Source: Desulfobacterales bacterium | Lineage (GTDB): Bacteria > Desulfobacterota > Desulfobacteria > Desulfobacterales > UBA5852 | NCBI GenBank assembly: GCA_030065585.1 | Contig: JASJED010000061.1 | Coordinates: forward strand, 1-39,670 | Direction: 5' to 3' | Length of the DNA: 39,670 bases | In this document: positions 25,970 to 32,735 of the stretch, piece after piece | Position numbering within the stretch: position 1 is the stretch's first letter | How the letters are laid out: every line of letters starts with the position of its first letter | Notes under the pieces: generated by a model | What the model saw: only the letters and a program-made list of their open reading frames with translations | Told to the model about the DNA's origin: nothing | Databases searched by the model: none | Translations under genes and position numbers: made by a program

Positions 25970-27688
25970 TTAGAGCCGGCCCGAGCGAAAAATTGAAAGA
26001 ATCAACCAGATCCCCAGTATCGTGGCGATGCTGTAGCCCGCGATGCCCAACAGCGAGGTCACCGAAAGCGTGTATTGGCCCAGACCAACGAAATCCAGGG
26101 GGAATTCCAGGATCGTCTTATCGGAGTTGAGGATCAGGGCGGCGGCAATCGTGGAGGCGGAAATGATGGCCCCTACGGTCAGCCGATTGATGCCGCTTTC
26201 GATCTTGCGGTCGAAGTTTTCAAACCCCCGGTGACGAAACTCGAGCTGGTATTCGCCGTGGGCCGCCTGGCGCAGGATATCGTTGACGTACTGCGGGACG
26301 CGCCGCATAACCTGCCCCATGTTGCGGGTTTCGCGGCCCAGATTGCGCAGCAGCTTGGTGGTGTCGTAGCCTTGCTGCAGAAGCTTGACCGCATAGGGGC
26401 GGGTGACTTCCAGAATATTGGCGTCACTGTTGAGAATTTTCCCCAATGCTTCCGCCTGCACAAAGGTCTTGAAGAGCAGCAGAAGATTGCGGGGCATGCG
26501 GATGTGGTGCTTGAGGACCAGGGCAATGACCTGGTCGTAGACTTCACGAACCGCAATGGTCTGGAGCGCCCGGCCGTAAAAGGGTTCGCTGATGTCCTTG
26601 AGATCACGTCGGAAGCTGTCCAGGTCGATGGTCTTGGGGTTCACCAGACCGGCGTTTTCCAGGGCTTCCATGACCATGTCGTAATCGTGTTCGGCATACC
26701 CGAGGAACAGGTGGGCGATCTGGCGCATCATTTCATCGTCGATATAGCCGGTAATCCCGAAGTCCACCAGACCGACGCGGCCGTCAGGCATGACGATGGT
26801 GTTGGCCGGATGGGGATCGGCGTGGAAAAAGCCGAATTCCATCAACTGGCGCGAGAAAGACCGCAGACCGATCATGGCGATCTCGCGCGGATCGATGCCA
26901 TAGGCCGTGATGCCGGCGACATTGTCCATCTTGACGCCTTCGATATACTCCAGCACCATGATGTTCCGGGTGGTATAGTCCCAGTGGACGCCGGGGATAT
27001 GGATCTCTTGCGAATCCTGGAAATAGCCCCTGAATTTCTCGATGCTGCCGGCTTCGATATACATATCCAGCTCGCGGAAAATGGTGCGCTCGAATTCGCG
27101 CACCAGATTGACGGCCCCCAGGAGTCGGGCAACATCGAAGATCTTCTCGAGCTTGGCGGCGAAATAGTACATCAAGCGGATATCTTCCTGAATGATGCGG
27201 TCGATGCCCGGGCGGACGATTTTGACGGCCACCTGTTCGCCGCTGTAGAGCCGGGCGCGGTGGACCTGGGCCACCGAGGCCGCGCCCACCGGCTGGGGGT
27301 CGAAATCGGCAAAAACCTCGGCCAGCGGCCGTTTGAGTTCTTTTTCGACCAGACGGCGGGCCTGACGAAAAGGAAACGGGGGGACACTGTCCTGCAGTTT
27401 ACGGAACGCTTCGATGTACTCCGGGGGGAAGACATCGGCCCGGGTGCTCATCAACTGCCCGAGTTTGATGAAGCTGGGCCCGAGTTCTTCGAGGGCGCTG
27501 CGCAGACGCGCCGGCGACGGGATCCGCAAGGTCGCCTCGCCTCCGGCGGTTGGTGGCGGTGTCGCTTCCTTGCCGTTGCGGGAAAACAGCCGGGCGCCCA
27601 GATCCGCCAGGCCGAATTTTACGAGCACGCGGCTAATCGCCAGAAAGCGCCGCGTGCCCATGAATAAACCGCCCCGATGTCGCTTCAT
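25970..27688 (-). CDS. ABC1/UbiB (AarF) atypical kinase family protein
   Basis: Motifs present are FIKLGQLMSTRADVFPPEYI, AASVAQVH, VAVKIVRPG, HADPHPANI-like HADPHPANTIV and VDFGI. There are two C-terminal TM helices. The start is taken at ATG 27688 (AAGGA upstream); the 69 N-terminal residues in the track look non-coding. Confidence 0.9.
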   Translation of the reverse strand: MKRHRGGLFMGTRRFLAISRVLVKFGLADLGARLFSRNGKEATPPPTAGGEATLRIPSPARLRSALEELGPSFIKLGQLMSTRADVFPPEYIEAFRKLQDSVPPFPFRQARRLVEKELKRPLAEVFADFDPQPVGAASVAQVHRARLYSGEQVAVKIVRPGIDRIIQEDIRLMYYFAAKLEKIFDVARLLGAVNLVREFERTIFRELDMYIEAGSIEKFRGYFQDSQEIHIPGVHWDYTTRNIMVLEYIEGVKMDNVAGITAYGIDPREIAMIGLRSFSRQLMEFGFFHADPHPANTIVMPDGRVGLVDFGITGYIDDEMMRQIAHLFLGYAEHDYDMVMEALENAGLVNPKTIDLDSFRRDLKDISEPFYGRALQTIAVREVYDQVIALVLKHHIRMPRNLLLLFKTFVQAEALGKILNSDANILEVTRPYAVKLLQQGYDTTKLLRNLGRETRNMGQVMRRVPQYVNDILRQAAHGEYQLEFRHRGFENFDRKIESGINRLTVGAIISASTIAAALILNSDKTILEFPLDFVGLGQYTLSVTSLLGIAGYSIATILGIWLILSIFRSGRL

Positions 27689-27708
27689 GATGTCATCCTT
27701 ATCAGGCT

Positions 27709-27824
27709 GTTTCGGAAAAAGGGCGAGCGCAAGGCTTGCGAAGTCCGAGGAATGCGGCTTACTGACGGTACGTCGCAATGACGAGGGCTGAAGCGTAACA
27801 CAGCTAGCGGACTTTTTCCGAAAC
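27709..27824 (-). promoter_or_regulatory. Structured 5' leader candidate closed by a 13-bp inverted repeat
   Basis: GTTTCGGAAAAAG (27709-27721) and CTTTTTCCGAAAC (27812-27824) are perfect reverse complements 90 nt apart. The proximal arm ends 20 nt from the ubiB-like ATG, next to its SD. Confidence 0.3.
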
Positions 27825-28006
27825 CGTCCTCCTTGTGGACCAAATGGCGAGGATCCAAGCCGCCCTGAAGCGGCGCAGGCAGTATGAACCATCACCTAAA
27901 GGCTGTCAACTTGTTCACTAACGGGCGGGAGGGCGAAACTGCTTGACTTTAAGCGGCGGGACCCCTAAAGCAGGGCGCAACTTTTGGCCGCGGCCGGCCC
28001 ATTGAT

Positions 28007-28714
28007 GTGGAGGCTTACCTTTTTTTGCGCGCTGGCCGCAGATTGGGAACCAAGACAAGGAAATGCCCATTGGAAGATCGCTATCACCGCTGGCTGGAGC
28101 GCAAGCGCATCGAACGCTGCCTTAAAAACCTGAAGCGCAACGGGTTTGACGCACACCTGGCGACGAGCGCTAAGGCCGCCAACCACCAGGTGTTGTCCCT
28201 GATATCCGATGACGAAACCTTTGGTATCGGCGGATCGGAGAGCGTGCGGGCCATCGGCGTGGTCGAAGAACTGCGGATCATGGGCAAGACCCTTTACGAT
28301 CACTGGCAACCGGCGTTGAGCGCCGAAGACATGCAGGATCTGCGGCTCAAGCAGGGGCGCTGCGATTGTTTTCTGTGCAGTGCCAATGCCATCTCGGAAG
28401 CGGGGGAAATCGTCAATGTGGATGGGATCGGCAACCGGGTTGCGGCCATGGTCTTCGGTCCCCGCAAAGTCGTTCTGGTGGCCGGCGTCAACAAGATCAC
28501 CCCGGATCTGCCGACGGCCCTGCAGCGTGTACGCGAAGTCGCCGCGCCCATGCGGGCCAAAAGCCTGGGAATGGAGACGCCCTGTGCCGAGAGCGGTCGC
28601 TGTGCCGACTGCCGTGCGCCCCAGCGCATCTGTCGTGTCACCACGATCCTTCACCGTCCCCCCATGCTGACGGACATCACCGTCGTCCTGGTGGCCCAAG
28701 CACTGGGCTATTGA
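28007..28714 (+). CDS. LUD-domain (lactate utilization protein LutC/YkgG-like) protein
   Basis: Motifs present are NLKRNGFDAHL, FGIGGSESV, SANAISEAGEIVNVDGIGNRVAAMVFGP and VVLVAGVNKI, plus a C-terminal Cys cluster. The start is uncertain; a TTG at 28070 has AAGGA upstream. Confidence 0.85.
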   Translation: MEAYLFLRAGRRLGTKTRKCPLEDRYHRWLERKRIERCLKNLKRNGFDAHLATSAKAANHQVLSLISDDETFGIGGSESVRAIGVVEELRIMGKTLYDHWQPALSAEDMQDLRLKQGRCDCFLCSANAISEAGEIVNVDGIGNRVAAMVFGPRKVVLVAGVNKITPDLPTALQRVREVAAPMRAKSLGMETPCAESGRCADCRAPQRICRVTTILHRPPMLTDITVVLVAQALGY

Positions 28715-28732
28715 AAGGGATCCGGTACGGCC

Positions 28733-29188
28733 ATGTTCTGGGAAGACCGCCCTCTGGATGCGCTCACCCGTCCCCAGTGGGAAGCGCTCTGTGACCGTTG
28801 CGGACGCTGCTGTCTGGAAAAGTTGACGGACCGCAAGACCGGCAGGGTCTTCTATACCTCGGTACCCTGTCAGCTGCTCGACGTTAACCAGGGCACATGC
28901 CGTCAATACCGCCAGCGCACACTGGCGGTGCCCGCCTGCCAGCAGCTCAACGCCTGGCAAGTGGTCGCCTGCCGCTGGTTGCCAAGCACCTGCGCCTATC
29001 GGCGGCTGGCCGAAGGGCGTCCCCTGGCCGCCTGGCATCCGCTCGTCTCCAGCGATCTTGAAAGCGTTCACCGCGCCGGGATTTCCGTGCGCAACTATCC
29101 CCTCCATTCCGTCACCGTCGAGGCGGTTGATCTGGCGGACTACATCGTCGACTGGGGGTTTTGGCGGCGCTGGCGTCGGCCCGCCTAA
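28733..29188 (+). CDS. ycgN: YcgN-family (UPF0260) cysteine-cluster protein
   Basis: Motifs present are FWEDRPLDALTRPQWEALCDRCGRCCLEKL, GTCRQY, WLPSTCAYRRLAEGRPL and WHPLVS. 151 aa. Confidence 0.85.
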   Translation: MFWEDRPLDALTRPQWEALCDRCGRCCLEKLTDRKTGRVFYTSVPCQLLDVNQGTCRQYRQRTLAVPACQQLNAWQVVACRWLPSTCAYRRLAEGRPLAAWHPLVSSDLESVHRAGISVRNYPLHSVTVEAVDLADYIVDWGFWRRWRRPA

Positions 29189-29407
29189 GCGCCACCCGCC
29201 GTCAACCGACCTTGCATCCCGGTCAACGCGTCTTATCAATTACGCTTAACGTTTAACCATCGGAAACATGACGGTTGACGAACCCAGCAACCGTGTCTTC
29301 GGACCCCATGGGCTTGATCTGAGAGCAAATTGGCCCGCCACCAGGATCGGATTCCTCTGCGTGCGGTGGGCTTTGCTCTAAGGTAAAGGCTTGACAGGAG
29401 AATGCCG

Positions 29408-29602
29408 ATGTCGCCACGCGACCATTACAATACCGACGAATTCATGTCTGTGCCGGAAGTCGCCCGCCACCTCGGGGTGGGCCGCAAAGTGGTCTACAGC
29501 CTTCTTGAAACCGGCCAGTTGGCCTACGCGCGTGAGCGCGGTGCAATTCGTATTCTGGCGGCGAGTGTCGCCCTTTTTCAGCGCAGCGGCAAGCTGACCT
29601 GA
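29408..29602 (+). CDS. Excisionase-type (MerR-superfamily HTH_17) DNA-binding protein
   Basis: FMSVPEVARHLGVGRKVVYSLLETGQLAYARERGAIRI is the typical excisionase-family HTH. The second ATG (29408) has AGGAG seven nt upstream. Confidence 0.75.
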   Translation: MSPRDHYNTDEFMSVPEVARHLGVGRKVVYSLLETGQLAYARERGAIRILAASVALFQRSGKLT

Positions 29603-29669
29603 GCTTCGACCGCCACCCGCCTCCGATCGTGGAAGAATCGGAAAGCCCGGGTCGGTGGGCCGTGTTTTT

Positions 29670-30224
29670 TTATGGACCGTGCTTCCATTCCATGGGCGAA
29701 CGATAGGCGTCGCCCTGGATCCACATGCCCCGGCTCTCACGACGCGCCGTTTCGGCGGCCAGACGATAGGGCCGGCGGTCAAATCCCCGGGGCGTCCGCC
29801 CGCGGTAGACCTCGGCCAACCCCCGCGCAACCATTTCCAGGTTGATATTGACACCCTCCAGATGAATGACGGCCAGACGGCGACCATAACGATCGACGCC
29901 GTAGACCTCGAGTTGAACGCAACGGTTTAAAACGCGGCGGGCGAGATAGCGTCGGGAACGGGCGCTGAAGGGTTGCCCGGCTTGCCCCGGGGACTTGGAT
30001 GTCTCCGGGGCGTCGATTCCCAGCAGGCGTATCAGCCCTTTGCCGGATTTTTCGGACACCAGAACCGTATCACCGTCATAAACGCGCAGGACTTTACGGC
30101 ATTCCTGGCCCTCCCTGCCGGCGACCGACGAAGCGGCCAGTAATTGGACGCTTGCGAGCGCCACGAGGGCGGCTGCGCAACACCGGCGGCTTAACGTTGT
30201 CGTGGTGCCGAAACCCATGCGCAT
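29670..30224 (-). CDS. Secreted thermonuclease (staphylococcal nuclease-like, SNase) family protein
   Basis: It has a signal peptide followed by VLRVYDGDTV...IRLLGIDAPE...GQPFSARSRRYL...VDRYGRRLA...NLEMVARGLAEVY. Confidence 0.85.
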   Translation of the reverse strand: MRMGFGTTTTLSRRCCAAALVALASVQLLAASSVAGREGQECRKVLRVYDGDTVLVSEKSGKGLIRLLGIDAPETSKSPGQAGQPFSARSRRYLARRVLNRCVQLEVYGVDRYGRRLAVIHLEGVNINLEMVARGLAEVYRGRTPRGFDRRPYRLAAETARRESRGMWIQGDAYRSPMEWKHGP

Positions 30225-30239
30225 CTTTCACCTTACGGG

Positions 30240-30563
30240 TCAGAATTTAAGCAGTTCGGACAGGCTGCGCTGCAGTGCGGCCATCAGGGGGCGGTTCAGA
30301 CAATAACCGCGTGCGCCGTGGTCCACGTGGCCGGTGATCAGGCCGCAATCTTTGAGGTATTTGAGGTGCTGGCTGACGGTGGACTGGGCCAGCGGCAACT
30401 GTTTGACGATGCGGCCGCAGAGGCACTGGTTGTCGGTTTTGAGAATTTCGATGATCGCCATCCGGGCGGGATGTCCCAGGGCCTTGCAGAGACGGGCGAC
30501 GGCCTCCTTCGAGAGGGGCGCGATTTCTTGCGGAGACGGTTGGAAAGTATTTACGCTTGACAT
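30240..30563 (-). CDS. ArsR/SmtB family metalloregulator-type transcriptional regulator
   Basis: 107 aa. The winged HTH reads LCKALGHPARMAIIEIL...CLCGRIVKQLPLAQSTVSQHLKYLKDCGL. Its stop lies 15 nt upstream of the thermonuclease start. Confidence 0.9.
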   Translation of the reverse strand: MSSVNTFQPSPQEIAPLSKEAVARLCKALGHPARMAIIEILKTDNQCLCGRIVKQLPLAQSTVSQHLKYLKDCGLITGHVDHGARGYCLNRPLMAALQRSLSELLKF

Positions 30564-30771
30564 TTCAGTACGTTTCCCTTAATCGCTAATTTACGATAAG
30601 GAAGCGGTGGCCGGTTGTCAAACCTCAAACCTCAGGTCTCCGCCCATGGATACGGGCCTCATCCGCGGCGAGGCCGCGGCCCCGTCAGGATAAGCGATCC
30701 ACAACGACCCAGATGTAAAAAGAAACCACCAAAGCCCGACCACCGCCAATTTCCGGAGGAACCGATCACCC

Positions 30772-31251
30772 ATGTTTTCGCTACGCGACGTACTGGATAT
30801 GGCCGCCAAGATCGAACGCAACGGCGAAAAGGTCTACCGTCAGGCCCTGGCCCGGACCGAAGACCCCGAGCTGGCGGAAATGCTCGTTTGGATGGCTGAT
30901 CAGGAGGCCCAGCATGCCGACTATTTTGAGGATCAGCGTCTCAGCTTGGTCGGGGAGGAAGACAACATCCTTTTGGAGGAGCTGGGCCGTTTGATGCTGG
31001 AGAGCATTGTCGGCGATCGCGGCTTTTCTCTGGAAGACGTGGATTTCAGCCAAATCGCCGATGTCAATCAACTGCTCCGGGTGATGATCGAATTCGAACT
31101 GGACACCCTGGAATTCTATCGTCTTTTCCATACTCTCATCGGCAACGAAAGCGAACGTCGCCAACTGGGCCGCATCATTGCGGATGAAGAGGAACACATT
31201 CGCAAACTCATGACCTGCCGCGATAAGAACCTCGCCTGCCACAAGTCCTGA
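30772..31251 (+). CDS. Ferritin-like / rubrerythrin-type diiron domain protein
   Basis: 159 aa. It shows the E...ExxH...E...ExxH ligand pattern (IERNGE, DQEAQH, EFELDTLEFY, DEEEH). Confidence 0.8.
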   Translation: MFSLRDVLDMAAKIERNGEKVYRQALARTEDPELAEMLVWMADQEAQHADYFEDQRLSLVGEEDNILLEELGRLMLESIVGDRGFSLEDVDFSQIADVNQLLRVMIEFELDTLEFYRLFHTLIGNESERRQLGRIIADEEEHIRKLMTCRDKNLACHKS

Positions 31252-31335
31252 AAGCGTATCGGCCACCGGCATGGGGGCTAGATGGACAGCGCTGGCTCCG
31301 ATGGCCGTTCGGGCAGCGAACCTGTGCCCTGGGCC

Positions 31336-31932
31336 TCAAGGTTGCACTTTGAATTGATTCACCATCTCATCGATGGTTTGACCGTTGGGCGCTTTCGCCA
31401 GCGGGTTGACTTCCAGCAACCCCTCCCAGGCTTTGATGGCCCCTTCACGGTCATCGAGGTCGTGCATCAGGACGATGCCCTTGTTGAAGCGCGGTTGTTC
31501 AAGTTTGGGATCGGCGGCAATCGCCTGATCGAAACGTTTGACGGCTTCCCGCGGCTTTTTGCTTCGCCGGTACATGACGCCCAGGTCGGTAAGGACAGGT
31601 GCGTTGTTGGGTTCGAGCGCCAATGCCTTTTCATAGGCTTCGATCGCCCGTTCATGCTGCTGGTTGTCAAAATTGATATGGCCGATCTGGATCCAGGCTT
31701 CGGTATCTCGAGGGTTGTTGCGAACCCGTTCTTCGAGCTTGGCCAGCATAGCGGCACGCCCGCCATCCGGGGACGACCCGCCACCCGCGCCTGCGGGCAA
31801 CCCGGAGCCGGATTTGTAGACGCCGAAAACCAATCCGCCGAAAAAACCGACCATCAGGGCGATGACGATGGAAGTCATGAGCGTCTGCCGTTTGACATAA
31901 TGACCGGATGCGCGGGTCGTGTTTTTGGCCAT
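31336..31932 (-). CDS. Membrane-anchored tetratricopeptide-repeat protein
   Basis: It has an N-terminal TM (IVIALMVGFFGGLVFGV), a Gly/Ser linker, and TPR units (AIEAYEKALALEPNNAPVLTDLGVMY, EAVKRFDQAIAADP). Confidence 0.8.
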   Translation of the reverse strand: MAKNTTRASGHYVKRQTLMTSIVIALMVGFFGGLVFGVYKSGSGLPAGAGGGSSPDGGRAAMLAKLEERVRNNPRDTEAWIQIGHINFDNQQHERAIEAYEKALALEPNNAPVLTDLGVMYRRSKKPREAVKRFDQAIAADPKLEQPRFNKGIVLMHDLDDREGAIKAWEGLLEVNPLAKAPNGQTIDEMVNQFKVQP

Positions 31933-32040
31933 CGCGTTCCCCTTCGTGGTGCCCAGTGATCGAAGCTACCGCACGCCCGATTCGATATGGTGGCGGCGGT
32001 TTTTTTTTAAAAACCTAATGCTCCCCGTCTGCAAATCAAC

Positions 32041-32072
32041 CAAATAAAAAAGGCAGGCGGCATTGCCCTGCC
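32041..32072 (-). terminator. Rho-independent terminator (minus strand)
   Basis: On the minus strand the sequence reads AGGCAGGG-caat-GCCGCCTGCCT-TTTTTATTTG. That is an 8-9 bp GC-rich stem (32051-32072 on plus coordinates) followed by a T6 run. Confidence 0.6.
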
Positions 32073-32235
32073 TTTGAACTCTAAACCTCCGGTCGTGGCA
32101 TCGGCCTCACGCACACACCAGAGGTTAAACGCGTGTTGCCGTCGCCTTCCCTTTGTATTGCTTACCGTCGACAAACGGGCGTCTGTCCTGGTTATCTTTC
32201 ACGATGTTGAAGACGGGCAACAATGCGTGTAAGTT
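32042..32235 (-). ncRNA. Candidate small RNA (about 190 nt) defined by its own promoter and terminator
   Basis: It is bounded by the TTGACG-N16-TATAAT promoter and the intrinsic terminator. It contains no ORF with an SD. Internal long-range pairing ACGC-AT-TGTTGCC / GGCAACA-C-GCGT encloses about 75 nt. I do not recognise it as any known RNA family. Confidence 0.4.
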
Positions 32236-32241
32236 ATAATA

Positions 32242-32269
32242 ATTATAATATTGATCCCCCGGCCGTCAA
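32242..32269 (-). promoter_or_regulatory. Near-consensus sigma70 promoter (minus strand)
   Basis: On the minus strand the -35 is TTGACG (32269-32264), the spacer is 16 nt, and the -10 is TATAAT (32247-32242). Confidence 0.55.
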
Positions 32270-32503
32270 GGTCGCGGCCGGCTGAAATATCTCCCTGGGC
32301 CGCGGGCGCGCTTTCCAGGCCCTGCGAGGTGGGCGCGCATTCCCATCCGTGATGGACCCAGCGCGGGCCTCTTCGAAGCGGCGTCGCGCACCATAACGGA
32401 TGACAGCGTTGTCCGCGCGCTCGCGGGTTGCAGTGGATGGGGCATCGGTGTAATGATGCCAAGGTTGGCGCTTACATTCAGCACCCCAGCCGGGAGATCG
32501 ACC

Positions 32504-32725
32504 ATGATCATTCGCAAGGCGCAAGTCAGCGCATCAGGCCCGCGTTACAGCGGCATCGTTCGTCTCGACCTGGTGGAAACACCGCAGGGATGGACCTATC
32601 GGATCGACGGCATGAGCACCGGGTCCCTGACCATGACCTGGCATGCGCGCACCCCTGAGAAAGCCAGCCGTAAGCTTCAGGACGTTTACAGCGATCCATG
32701 CTGGACCTTGAAAATCATCGAATAG
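32504..32725 (+). CDS. Small hypothetical protein (73 aa) preceding the Lon-like protease
   Basis: The ATG at 32504 has GGGAGA 6-7 nt upstream. The stop at 32723-32725 lies 10 nt before the Lon-like start. The sequence MIIRKAQVSASGPRYSGIVRLDLVETPQGWTYRIDG... has no recognised motif. Confidence 0.5.
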   Translation: MIIRKAQVSASGPRYSGIVRLDLVETPQGWTYRIDGMSTGSLTMTWHARTPEKASRKLQDVYSDPCWTLKIIE

Positions 32726-32735
32726 GATAACCGTC

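Noticed and set aside
25590-25973. 127-aa plus-strand ORF between the PP2C and ubiB-like genes
   Set aside because: It has no motif or SD. The opposite strand holds the recognisable ACAD C-terminal relic, so this is most likely non-coding.
26075-27667. 530-aa plus-strand ORF opposite the ubiB-like gene
   Set aside because: It is an antisense shadow ORF. Its composition is dominated by G/D/A/V/H runs with no motifs, and the minus frame has clear ABC1 kinase motifs.
27965-29239. 424-aa minus-strand ORF covering the LUD and YcgN genes
   Set aside because: It is an antisense shadow that crosses two well-supported plus-strand genes and their spacer. It has no motifs.
29402-29602. Excisionase-type HTH gene as evidence for a prophage or integrative element
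   Set aside because: No integrase, recombinase, att-like direct repeat, tRNA target or phage gene is visible anywhere in the window, so it is annotated only as a DNA-binding protein.
32125-32202. 25-aa GTG-initiated frame (32 aa from an upstream TTG) inside the candidate sRNA: MKDNQDRRPFVDGKQYKGKATATRV
   Set aside because: It has no SD and a non-ATG start, and it is very short. It remains a caveat for the sRNA call but is not annotated as a CDS.
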